A stretch of 64,000 nucleotides of DNA, from contig CALWLJ010000008.1 of assembly GCA_944381495.1 (NCBI GenBank), forward strand, positions 57,842 through 121,841, given 5' to 3'. Each line of letters opens with the position of its first letter. Within the stretch, counting starts at the first letter, position 1. Both the position numbers and the translations under genes were made by a program. Of this stretch, positions 55,195 through 64,000 are shown one piece after another. The notes under the pieces were generated by a model, which was not told the origin of the DNA, ran no database searches, and saw only the letters and a program-made list of their open reading frames with translations. Origin of the DNA: an uncultured Mediterraneibacter sp. (GTDB taxonomy: Bacteria; Bacillota; Clostridia; Lachnospirales; Lachnospiraceae).

Positions 55195-58100
55195 ATGTAC
55201 AAGAAAGTATCTACGGATATGAATTTCGTCGGCAGAGAGAAGGAAGTCGAGAAATTCTGGGAAGAAAACCACATCTTCGAGAAGAGTATCGAAGAGAGGG
55301 AAGGATGTCCGGAATACATTTTTTACGACGGACCTCCGACAGCAAACGGCAAGCCCCATATCGGTCACGTGCTGACCAGGGTCATCAAAGATATGATCCC
55401 GAGATACCGCACAATGAAGGGGTATATGGTGCCGAGAAAGGCAGGATGGGATACCCATGGCCTTCCGGTCGAACTTGAGGTGGAGAAATCCCTCGGACTG
55501 GACGGAAAGGATCAGATTGAGAAATACGGTCTGGAGCCTTTCATCAAGAAATGTAAAGAAAGCGTTTGGAAATATAAAGGAATGTGGGAGGATTTCTCCT
55601 CCACAGTCGGTTTCTGGGCTGACATGGAGCATCCTTATGTAACTTATCATAACACCTTCATCGAGTCTGAGTGGTGGGCGCTGAAGCAGATCTGGGAAAA
55701 AGGACTGCTCTATAAAGGATTCAAGATCGTTCCCTACTGCCCGCGGTGTGGTACGCCTCTGTCCGCACAGGAAGTGGCTCAGGGATACAAGGATGTAAAG
55801 GAGCGTTCCGCAGTTGTACGCTTCAAAGTAAAGGATGAGGACGCCTACATTCTTGCATGGACGACCACGCCCTGGACACTGCCGTCCAACCTGGCTCTCT
55901 GTGTAAACCCGGAGGAGGATTACGCAAAAGTCAAGGCAGCGGACGGATACACCTACTATATGGCATGTGCGCTTCTTGACACGGTACTTGGAAAGCTGGG
56001 CGAGGAAGGCAAGCCGGCTTACGAGGTCCTTGAGACATACAAGGGAAGCGAGCTGGAAGGCAAAGAGTACGAGCCCCTCTATCAGTGTGCCGCAGACGCA
56101 GCCGCAAAGCAGAACAAGAAGGCATTCTATGTAACCTGCGACACATACGTTACGCTGACCGACGGTACCGGAGTCGTACACATTGCTCCGGCGTTTGGTG
56201 AAGACGATGCAAATGTAGGAAGAAAATACGGTCTTCCTTTTGTACAGCTGGTAGATGAAAAGGGAAATATGGCGGAGTCCACTCCATTTGCAGGATTATT
56301 TGTAAAGAAAGCAGATCCGGAAGTGCTGAAGGATCTGGACGCAAGGGGACTTCTCTTCGATGCGCCTAAGTTCGAGCACAGCTATCCTCACTGCTGGAGA
56401 TGCGATACGCCGCTGATCTACTATGCACGTGAGTCATGGTTCATCAAGATGACAGCGGTTAGAGACGATCTGATCGCAAATAACAATACCATCAACTGGA
56501 TCCCGGAGAGCATCGGAAAAGGCCGTTTCGGCGACTGGATCGAGAATGTGCAGGACTGGGGCATCAGCCGTAACCGTTACTGGGGAACTCCGCTGAATAT
56601 CTGGGAGTGCGAGTGCGGACACATGCATTCTATCGGAAGCATTGCCGAGCTGAAAGAAATGTCAGACAACTGCCCGGATGATATCGAGCTGCACCGTCCG
56701 TATATCGACGCGGTGACGATCAAGTGTCCGAAATGCGGCAAAGAGATGCACAGAGTACCGGAAGTTATCGACTGCTGGTTTGACAGCGGTTCCATGCCAT
56801 TCGCTCAGCATCATTATCCGTTTGAGAATCAGGAGCTGTTCGAGGAGCAGTTCCCGGCGGACTTTATCTCTGAGGCAGTGGACCAGACAAGAGGATGGTT
56901 CTACTCCCTGCTGGCGATCTCAACCCTGATCTTCAACAAGGCGCCTTACAAAAATGTTATCGTACTTGGCCATGTACAGGATGAGAACGGACAGAAGATG
57001 AGCAAGTCCAAGGGCAATGCGGTAGATCCTTTTGACGCGCTGGAGAAATACGGCGCTGATGCGATCCGCTGGTACTTCTACATCAACAGCGCGCCATGGC
57101 TGCCCAACCGTTTCCACGGAAAAGCAGTGACAGAAGGACAGAGAAAATTCATGGGAACCCTGTGGAATACTTATGCATTTTTCGTCCTTTACGCGAATAT
57201 TGATAACTTTGACGCCACAAAATATACACTGGAATATGATAAACTGTCTGTGATGGACAAATGGCTCCTGTCCAAGATGAACACTATGGTAAAAGATGTG
57301 GACAATAACCTTGCAAACTACAGGATCCCCGAGGCGGCGCGTGCCCTTCAGGACTTTGTGGATGACATGAGCAACTGGTATGTCAGAAGAAGCCGTGAGC
57401 GTTTCTGGGCAAAGGGAATGGAGCAGGATAAGATCAATGCTTACATGACACTGTACACTGCTCTGGTAACCGTTTCCAAGGCAGCGGCTCCCATGATCCC
57501 CTTCATGACAGAAGAAATCTACCAGAACCTTGTGCGCAGCATAGACGCTGACGCTCCGGAGAGCATCCACCTGTGCCTGTTCCCGGAAGTAAATGAAGAA
57601 CAGATCGATCCGGAACTGGAAGAGAACATGGATCACGTGCTGAAGCTTGTTGTTATGGGACGTGCCTGCAGAAACACATCCAACATCAAGAACCGCCAGC
57701 CTATCGGACAGATGTTCGTGAAAGCCGGATTCAGCCTTCCGGAGTTCTATCAGGAGATCGTTGCAGACGAGCTGAATGTTAAAAATGTTAAATTTACGGA
57801 AGATGTAAGAGAATTTACTTCATATAGTTTTAAACCTCAGTTAAAGACAGTGGGTCCGAAATATGGTAAACTGTTAGGAGGGATCAAAGCGGCTCTGGAC
57901 AGTGTGGATGGAAATGCAGCTATGGATGAGCTCAATGATACAGGAGCGCTGAAGCTGGATGTGAACGGACAGGAGATCACACTGTTCAAAGAAGATCTTC
58001 TGATCGACACAAAACAGATCGATGGCTTTGTATCTGAGAATGACAACGGCATCACAGTTGTCCTTGATACAAACCTCAGCGAGGAGCTCCTCGAGGAAGG

Positions 58101-58350
58101 CTTCGTCAGAGAGATCATCAGCAAGATCCAGACCATGAGGAAAGAAGCCGGTTTCGAAGTTATGGACAGGATCCGCGTTACCTACAACGGGACAGAAAAA
58201 GCGGAGAATGTATTCTTGAAAAATGCGGCAGAGATCGGCGGCGAGGTATTGGCCGATGAGGTTGTAAAAGCAGAACCGGCAGGCTATGTGAAGGAGTGGA
58301 AGATCAACGGTGAAGCGGTTACAATGGGCGTGGAAAAGGAAGGAAAGTAA
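55195..58350 (+). CDS. ileS: Isoleucine--tRNA ligase, type 2 (long, eukaryote-like C-terminus)
   Basis: HIGH, GWDTHGLP, KMSKS; C-terminal EEGFVREIISKIQTMRKEAGF without the IleRS1 zinc finger. Confidence 0.97.
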   Translation: MYKKVSTDMNFVGREKEVEKFWEENHIFEKSIEEREGCPEYIFYDGPPTANGKPHIGHVLTRVIKDMIPRYRTMKGYMVPRKAGWDTHGLPVELEVEKSLGLDGKDQIEKYGLEPFIKKCKESVWKYKGMWEDFSSTVGFWADMEHPYVTYHNTFIESEWWALKQIWEKGLLYKGFKIVPYCPRCGTPLSAQEVAQGYKDVKERSAVVRFKVKDEDAYILAWTTTPWTLPSNLALCVNPEEDYAKVKAADGYTYYMACALLDTVLGKLGEEGKPAYEVLETYKGSELEGKEYEPLYQCAADAAAKQNKKAFYVTCDTYVTLTDGTGVVHIAPAFGEDDANVGRKYGLPFVQLVDEKGNMAESTPFAGLFVKKADPEVLKDLDARGLLFDAPKFEHSYPHCWRCDTPLIYYARESWFIKMTAVRDDLIANNNTINWIPESIGKGRFGDWIENVQDWGISRNRYWGTPLNIWECECGHMHSIGSIAELKEMSDNCPDDIELHRPYIDAVTIKCPKCGKEMHRVPEVIDCWFDSGSMPFAQHHYPFENQELFEEQFPADFISEAVDQTRGWFYSLLAISTLIFNKAPYKNVIVLGHVQDENGQKMSKSKGNAVDPFDALEKYGADAIRWYFYINSAPWLPNRFHGKAVTEGQRKFMGTLWNTYAFFVLYANIDNFDATKYTLEYDKLSVMDKWLLSKMNTMVKDVDNNLANYRIPEAARALQDFVDDMSNWYVRRSRERFWAKGMEQDKINAYMTLYTALVTVSKAAAPMIPFMTEEIYQNLVRSIDADAPESIHLCLFPEVNEEQIDPELEENMDHVLKLVVMGRACRNTSNIKNRQPIGQMFVKAGFSLPEFYQEIVADELNVKNVKFTEDVREFTSYSFKPQLKTVGPKYGKLLGGIKAALDSVDGNAAMDELNDTGALKLDVNGQEITLFKEDLLIDTKQIDGFVSENDNGITVVLDTNLSEELLEEGFVREIISKIQTMRKEAGFEVMDRIRVTYNGTEKAENVFLKNAAEIGGEVLADEVVKAEPAGYVKEWKINGEAVTMGVEKEGK

Positions 58351-58354
58351 AAAA

Positions 58355-60829
58355 ATGTTCAACAAAAGATTTGAAAAAGAAACATTTAAAGAGACGGTGA
58401 AAGACAACATAAGGACACTGTACAGAAAGACCATCGAGGAGGCGACTCCGCAGCAGCTTTTTCAGGCAGTTTCCTATGCGGTAAAGGATGTGATCTTTGA
58501 CGACTGGTTCGCGACACAGGAAGCTTATGACAAGGCGGATGCAAAGACGGTTTACTATATGTCAATGGAGTTCCTGATGGGCCGTGCCCTGGGAAATAAC
58601 CTGATCAATATGGGCGCATACAAAGAAGTAAAGGAAGCTCTGGCAGAGATGGGCCTGGATCTGAACGTGATCGAGGATCAGGAGCCGGACGCAGCGCTTG
58701 GAAACGGCGGTCTCGGCCGTCTGGCAGCATGTTTCCTGGACTCTCTGGCAACTCTGAACTATCCGGCATACGGATGCGGCATCCGGTATCGTTACGGTAT
58801 GTTCAAGCAGGAGATTCGGGACGGCTATCAGGTGGAAGTGCCGGATAACTGGCTGAAAGAGGGCAATCCCTTTGAGCTGAGAAGAGAAGAGTATGCCAAG
58901 GAAGTGCGTTTCGGAGGAAATATCCGGTTCGAGAAGGATCCGGTAACAGGAAAGGATAAGTTTATCCAGGAGAATTATGAGTCCGTACTCGCAATTCCTT
59001 ATGATATGCCTATCGTAGGATACGGCAACCATGTGGTCAATACACTGCGCGTATGGGATGCAAAGGCCATTACAGATTTCCGTCTGGATGAGTTCGACAG
59101 AGGAAACTACCATAAGGCTGTTGAGCAGGAGAACCTGGCGAAGCTGATCGTTGACGTGCTCTATCCGAATGACAATCATTATTCAGGAAAAGAGCTCCGT
59201 CTGAAACAGCAGTATTTCTTCATCTCCGCCAGCCTGCAGGCGCTGATCGCAAAATACAAGAAGAAACACAGCGATGTCCGCAAACTCTACGAGAAAGTTG
59301 TCATCCAGATGAACGATACGCATCCCACGGTAGCCGTTCCTGAGCTGATGCGTCTGCTCATTGATGTAGAGGGATTAAGCTGGGAAGAAGCATGGGATGT
59401 GACGACTAAGACATGTGCGTACACCAATCATACGATCATGGCTGAGGCTCTTGAGAAATGGCCCATCGACCTGTTCTCACGTCTCCTGCCCCGTATTTAT
59501 CAGATCGTACAGGAGATCGACCGCCGGTTCCTGATCAAAGTCCGCGAGATGTATCCGGGCAATGAGGAGAAGGTCAAGAAGATGGCGATCCTGATGGACG
59601 GCCAGGTGCGCATGGCGAACATGGCTATCATCGCCGGATTCTCTGTAAACGGTGTTGCGAAGCTTCACACGGAGATCCTGAAGCATCAGGAGCTGAAAGA
59701 CTTCTACGAGATGATGCCGGAGAAGTTCAACAACAAGACAAACGGTATCACACAGAGACGTTTCCTGGCTCACGGCAATCCGCTGCTGGCTGACTGGATC
59801 ACAGACAAGATCGGAGACGGATGGATCACAGATCTCTCTCAGATCGCGAAGCTGAAACCATATGTAGAGGATGAGACGGCAAGACGTGAATTCATGCAGA
59901 TCAAATACAAGAATAAAGTCCGCCTTGCTAAATATATCAAGGAACACAACGGAATCGATGTTGATCCGCGCTCCATTTTCGACGTGCAGGTAAAACGTCT
60001 TCACGAGTACAAACGTCAGCTCCTGAACATCCTGCATATCATGTATCTGTATAATCAGATCAAAGAGCACCCGGAGATGTCCTTCTATCCGAGAACATTT
60101 ATCTTCGGCGCCAAAGCAGCAGCAGGATATCTTCGCGCAAAGGAGACGATCAAGCTGATCAATTCTGTGGCAGATGTAGTAAATAATGACCGCAGCATTA
60201 ACGGAAAACTGAAAGTAGTCTTCATTGAAGATTACCGTGTATCCAACGGCGAGATCATTTTTGCGGCAGCAGATGTCAGCGAGCAGATTTCCACAGCTTC
60301 CAAGGAGGCTTCCGGTACCGGAAATATGAAGTTCATGCTGAACGGCGCTCCTACACTTGGAACAATGGATGGCGCCAATGTAGAGATCGTGCAGGAAGTC
60401 GGAGAGGAGAATGCGTTTATCTTCGGACTGAGTTCAGAGGAAGTCATCAACTACGAGAAGAACGGCGGATACAATCCTCAGGATATCTATTTTAATGACT
60501 GGGAGCTCAAGAGAGTGGTGGATCAGCTCATGGATGGAACCTATTCTCACGGAGATCACGAAATGTACAGAAACCTTTACAACTCACTGCTGAACACACA
60601 GAGCACAGACCGGGCAGATATGTACTTTATCCTGAAAGATTTCCGTTCCTATGCAGATGCCCAGAAGAGGGTGGAGGAAGCATACAGAGATCAGAACAGA
60701 TGGTCCAGGATGGCTATGCTTCAGACTGCATGCAGCGGAAAATTCTCTTCTGACAGAACGATCGAAGAATATGTAAGAGACATCTGGAAACTGGAAAAGG
60801 TAGAGGTTACAGACGTGCAGGATGAATAG
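58355..60829 (+). CDS. glgP: Glycogen/starch/alpha-glucan phosphorylase
   Basis: LGNGGLGRLAAC, NDTHP, KRLHEYKRQ and PLP lysine motif EASGTGNMK. Confidence 0.96.
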   Translation: MFNKRFEKETFKETVKDNIRTLYRKTIEEATPQQLFQAVSYAVKDVIFDDWFATQEAYDKADAKTVYYMSMEFLMGRALGNNLINMGAYKEVKEALAEMGLDLNVIEDQEPDAALGNGGLGRLAACFLDSLATLNYPAYGCGIRYRYGMFKQEIRDGYQVEVPDNWLKEGNPFELRREEYAKEVRFGGNIRFEKDPVTGKDKFIQENYESVLAIPYDMPIVGYGNHVVNTLRVWDAKAITDFRLDEFDRGNYHKAVEQENLAKLIVDVLYPNDNHYSGKELRLKQQYFFISASLQALIAKYKKKHSDVRKLYEKVVIQMNDTHPTVAVPELMRLLIDVEGLSWEEAWDVTTKTCAYTNHTIMAEALEKWPIDLFSRLLPRIYQIVQEIDRRFLIKVREMYPGNEEKVKKMAILMDGQVRMANMAIIAGFSVNGVAKLHTEILKHQELKDFYEMMPEKFNNKTNGITQRRFLAHGNPLLADWITDKIGDGWITDLSQIAKLKPYVEDETARREFMQIKYKNKVRLAKYIKEHNGIDVDPRSIFDVQVKRLHEYKRQLLNILHIMYLYNQIKEHPEMSFYPRTFIFGAKAAAGYLRAKETIKLINSVADVVNNDRSINGKLKVVFIEDYRVSNGEIIFAAADVSEQISTASKEASGTGNMKFMLNGAPTLGTMDGANVEIVQEVGEENAFIFGLSSEEVINYEKNGGYNPQDIYFNDWELKRVVDQLMDGTYSHGDHEMYRNLYNSLLNTQSTDRADMYFILKDFRSYADAQKRVEEAYRDQNRWSRMAMLQTACSGKFSSDRTIEEYVRDIWKLEKVEVTDVQDE

Positions 60830-60840
60830 GAGGTAGCTCT

Positions 60841-61722
60841 ATGTACGATTACGGATACAACTATGGATATGATTACACTCATCAGTATCCGGTGACGGAT
60901 TACGAAGCGGTTGCCGCTGTCCTGTCGATTATCATGATCGTAGTAGCAGTTGTACTGATTTTTGCAGTGGTGAGTTATATCTTCCGTGCGGTAGGGCTGT
61001 ATACTATTGCAAAGCGGAGAGGAGAAAGATACCCCTGGCTTGCATTTATTCCATTTGCAAGAGCATATCTTCAGGGAGAAACTGCAGGTCCCATTATACT
61101 TAAGAAGAAAACAATCAGTAATCCGGGAATATGGAAACTGGTTGTTCCGATCATCGCAGGCGCTGTATCTTCTGTATTTTTTACAATATTCAGCAGTATA
61201 GTCGGTATCGGAGGAATGATGGCCGGACTTTCCACTTCGGGATATGGTATCAGTTTTGGAGTGGGGACGATCATGTTTCTGATCGTATTTCTTATAATAT
61301 GGATGGTAGTTTCCATCATATATGAGGCGGCCTACAGAGTGCTGTGTGTGCTGATCAATATGCAGATATTCGGTTATTTTACAACCCGCAATATGGCGGT
61401 TGTTCATGCAGTCCTGTCCGCTATAATTCCGCTTTACGAATCTATCTGTTTTTTTGTCATGAGAAACAGAGAATTTAATCCGGGAATGGAACCTGAAATA
61501 GCACCACCGCCTGCTAGACCGACACAGGCTCCGCCTGTGGAAGCAACACAGGAACCGTACGGGGAAGCGGCTCAGACAACAGTTCCGGATCAGGAGCCGG
61601 CTGAGCAGGTATCCGTGGATGAGAGACCAGTGGAATCTGCGGAATCCGGAAATGATTCAGAAAATGCAACTGGTGTACAGATGTCAGAAACAGACGAAAA
61701 TAATCAGGAGCACAATAGATAG
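60841..61722 (+). CDS. Hypothetical multi-pass membrane protein
   Basis: AGGAGG RBS, 4-5 hydrophobic segments, Tyr-rich N-terminus and Pro/Glu-rich C-terminal tail. Confidence 0.8.
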   Translation: MYDYGYNYGYDYTHQYPVTDYEAVAAVLSIIMIVVAVVLIFAVVSYIFRAVGLYTIAKRRGERYPWLAFIPFARAYLQGETAGPIILKKKTISNPGIWKLVVPIIAGAVSSVFFTIFSSIVGIGGMMAGLSTSGYGISFGVGTIMFLIVFLIIWMVVSIIYEAAYRVLCVLINMQIFGYFTTRNMAVVHAVLSAIIPLYESICFFVMRNREFNPGMEPEIAPPPARPTQAPPVEATQEPYGEAAQTTVPDQEPAEQVSVDERPVESAESGNDSENATGVQMSETDENNQEHNR

Positions 61723-61724
61723 AA

Positions 61725-61754
61725 GTCCTAAGAAAAGACAGCCCTTCATATGAT
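61725..61754 (+). promoter_or_regulatory. Possible sigma-E promoter of spoIID
   Basis: GTCCTAAG-14 bp-CATATGAT resembles the sigma-E consensus; it overlaps a terminator hairpin (61737-61775). Confidence 0.5.
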
Positions 61755-61775
61755 TAAGTATGGAGGGCTGTTTTT

Positions 61776-62756
61776 ATGCGGTATTTTATCAGACAGAAAA
61801 TAAAAGCGTTTTGCGCGTTCCTGATTATTCTTATTCTGCTTCCATATACGATATCGGTATTTGTAAATGGCGCAGATGTCAGAATGGGAAATGGCGGTGA
61901 GTCGCCCTTTGTGTCCGTCAGAACTTCGGATAATGGATCTGTTGCAGATCTAAGCTGGAAAGAATATGTTGCTGGAATCCTTGCACGGGAAATGCCGGAG
62001 GATTATGAGCCGGAGGCGCTGAGGGCACAGGCGGTCCTTATCCGCACAAAGCTGTATCGCGATCTGGAAAATTCTCAGGACAAGATACTGACAGAGAAAT
62101 ATATGACCAGAGGAGAAATGGAAAAGAAATGGAAAGCGTCAGAATACAGAGAATATCATGATAAATATATCCGTGCAGTAGAAGAAACTGACGATACCGT
62201 ATTATTCTATAACGGAACATATGCATGGACGCCATATCATCAGTCCAGCTGCGGGTACACAAGAAGCGCGGAAGAGGTAATGGGCAGCGACGATTATCCT
62301 TATATTGCTCTCAGAGAATGTCCGCTGGATAAAAAAGCAGATGATGAGATCCAGTCCTTTGTCTTCTCCTATGAAGAAATCCAGGAAATGTGCAGAGATT
62401 TTCTGGTGGCGGAATCGGAACAGAAAAAGGCAGAAGAAGGATATGGATTTGATGACTTTGAAATAAGCTCCCGGGATTCTGCAGGATACGTAAATGAAAT
62501 GCGTATAGGCCAGACAACTTGTACCGGAGATCAGTTCAGAGACGCGCTTTCTCTCCCGTCGAGCGCATTTTCTTTTAGTGAAGAAAATGGAAAAATAAAG
62601 ATTACAACAACAGGAAAGGGACACGGCCTTGGAATGAGCCAGTGGACTGCAAATGAAATGGCAAAAGAAGGAAAAAACTATGAAGAGATCCTTTCCTTTT
62701 TCTTTGAAGGGACAGAGCTGAACAGGGAAATACAGGAGACAGAAGTGCTTGGATGA
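61776..62756 (+). CDS. spoIID: Stage II sporulation protein D (SpoIID/LytB)
   Basis: N-terminal TM, EMP...EALRAQAVLIRT, and TTGKGHGLGMSQW. Confidence 0.88.
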   Translation: MRYFIRQKIKAFCAFLIILILLPYTISVFVNGADVRMGNGGESPFVSVRTSDNGSVADLSWKEYVAGILAREMPEDYEPEALRAQAVLIRTKLYRDLENSQDKILTEKYMTRGEMEKKWKASEYREYHDKYIRAVEETDDTVLFYNGTYAWTPYHQSSCGYTRSAEEVMGSDDYPYIALRECPLDKKADDEIQSFVFSYEEIQEMCRDFLVAESEQKKAEEGYGFDDFEISSRDSAGYVNEMRIGQTTCTGDQFRDALSLPSSAFSFSEENGKIKITTTGKGHGLGMSQWTANEMAKEGKNYEEILSFFFEGTELNREIQETEVLG

Positions 62757-62792
62757 AAACAAAAATACGGAAAATAATAGTTCTCCGAACAG

Positions 62793-62822
62793 GAATAAGC
62801 AGAAACATTTCTGGCAAAAATA
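62793..62822 (+). promoter_or_regulatory. Possible sigma-F promoter of spoIIQ
   Basis: GAATA-15 bp-GGCAAAAATA fits the sigma-F GYATA-N15-GGNNANNNTA pattern. Confidence 0.55.
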
Positions 62823-62840
62823 TAGCCAGAGGTGATGACA

Positions 62841-63659
62841 ATGAACAAGAAAGAAAGACCTTCCTTCTTTAAAGGAAAAGGAGCCGCCGTAGGTATTGTT
62901 ATCTGTTTTGTAGCAGTGATCGCGATTGCAGGAACCTATACCTTCAATAATTATCAGAAGCAGCTGGATGACCAGATGGCAAAGGCTGAAGAGCAGGCGG
63001 AGGAACTTACAGAAGAGAACAGTGCAGAAACAACAACAGATGATATCCTGCTTCCGGAAGATGAAAATCCTGTAGACGATGGAGAAAATACCAATACTCT
63101 GGAAATTGATGATAAGAGTACAGGAGAAGCGGATACAGGTAAGGAGGATGAACAGAATACGGACAGCGGAACAGAAAATGCAGAATCATCGGACCAGGCA
63201 GATCCGGTGGCGGAGTCGGGCAGCAGCAGTACATCAGACGTATGGTTCAGTGAAGACAGTACGCTGACCTGGCCTGCAAGCGGAGCGGTTCTGATCGGGT
63301 ACAGTATGGACCAGACTGTATTTTTTTCAACTCTGGAACAGTATAAGTATAACCCTGCGCTGATCATCGGAGGCGAGGTTGGCGAGACAATTGCGGCCTC
63401 GGCAGCAGGGATCGTGACAGATATTGAGACAACGGCTCAGACCGGAGTGACAGTGACCATGGATCTTGGAAATGGTTATAGCGCGGTATACGGGCAGCTG
63501 GATAATGTGCCTCTGGAAATCGGAGATTATGTCAGGGCAGGAGAAACTGTGGGTACCTTAAGCGAACCGACAAAATACTATAGTGTGGAAGGACCGAATC
63601 TGTATTTTCAGATACTGAAAGACGGGGAACCGGAGAATCCTATGAATTTTATGGAATAA
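62841..63659 (+). CDS. spoIIQ: SpoIIQ-like M23/LytM protein
   Basis: N-terminal TM, acidic linker and a degenerate LytM domain; follows spoIID. Confidence 0.78.
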   Translation: MNKKERPSFFKGKGAAVGIVICFVAVIAIAGTYTFNNYQKQLDDQMAKAEEQAEELTEENSAETTTDDILLPEDENPVDDGENTNTLEIDDKSTGEADTGKEDEQNTDSGTENAESSDQADPVAESGSSSTSDVWFSEDSTLTWPASGAVLIGYSMDQTVFFSTLEQYKYNPALIIGGEVGETIAASAAGIVTDIETTAQTGVTVTMDLGNGYSAVYGQLDNVPLEIGDYVRAGETVGTLSEPTKYYSVEGPNLYFQILKDGEPENPMNFME

Positions 63660-63739
63660 TCGAACTGAGGAAAACGGGAAGCATTTTCCGGACCGTTGAT
63701 TTCGTTATATGAGGTTCTATCATAGACATGCAGATTGTG

Positions 63740-63787
63740 TTATAATATCGGACAAGAGGAGGAGTATTCCTCGGTCCGATATTATAA
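63740..63787. repeat. 14-bp perfect inverted repeat over the GIY-YIG promoter
   Basis: TTATAATATCGGAC (63740-63753) and GTCCGATATTATAA (63774-63787). Confidence 0.85.
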
Positions 63788-63800
63788 GGGGTGTATTTCT

Positions 63801-64000
63801 ATGAATTATACATATATTCTTACCTGCCGGGACGGTACACTTTATACCGGGTGGACGAACGATCTGGAAAAACGTGTCAGGATCCACAACGAGGGAAAAG
63901 GAGCAAAGTACACGAAATCAAGAAGACCGGTTGTACTTACTTATTTTGAGGAGTTTAATACAAAACAGGAAGCAATGCACAGAGAATGGGAAATCAAGCG
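63801..64000 (+). CDS. GIY-YIG nuclease family protein (UPF0213/YazA-like), partial
   Basis: Manual translation gives [44 protein letters not shown]...; it runs off the window. Confidence 0.92.
   Translation, partial: MNYTYILTCRDGTLYTGWTNDLEKRVRIHNEGKGAKYTKSRRPVVLTYFEEFNTKQEAMHREWEIK

Noticed and set aside
55087-56181. 364-aa antisense ORF over ileS (also 36722-37831, 42780-43745 and 18175-19026)
   Set aside because: These are shadow ORFs opposite well-supported genes, with no recognisable motifs; they are expected from codon bias.
1-64000. CRISPR array, integrase, transposase or prophage genes
   Set aside because: I saw no regularly spaced repeat-spacer series and no ORF with recombinase, DDE, HUH or phage motifs.

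Overview
Chromosomal origin region of a spore-forming Bacillota, most consistent with Lachnospiraceae (inferred from gene content and synteny). 1-15.9 kb is conserved core: dnaN(partial)-dnaA with DnaA-box arrays on both sides of dnaA (oriC), rpmH-rnpA-yidD-yidC-khpB, mnmE-mnmG-rsmG, two perfect parS sites, parA-parB, serS and tRNA-Arg(CCT). 16-54.6 kb is accessory or metabolic. It holds a histidine phosphatase plus fructosamine-kinase pair, an old-yellow-enzyme oxidoreductase and an adenylate-forming ligase whose 3' end and downstream DNA recur as a diverged (about 94%) duplicate that truncates an AlbA/Schlafen-domain gene. It also holds a GH65/beta-PGM ABC sugar locus with a two-component system, kdgK, GH5, PGM, GH2, a GltD-like oxidoreductase, a sucrose PTS locus, a DD-carboxypeptidase and a heavy-metal module. 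54.6-64 kb has a T-box-controlled ileS (type 2) followed by glgP, spoIID, spoIIQ and a partial GIY-YIG nuclease. I saw no CRISPR array, integrase, transposase or prophage gene. The strongest leads are the diverged duplication with its TCGTTGCAA-N5-TTGCAACGA palindromes, a membrane-anchored single-lobe SBP-like protein inside the ABC operon, a REP/MITE-like element in the ileS leader, and DnaA boxes written into an mnmE insertion. None of these is proven novel; all need database searches that I could not run.
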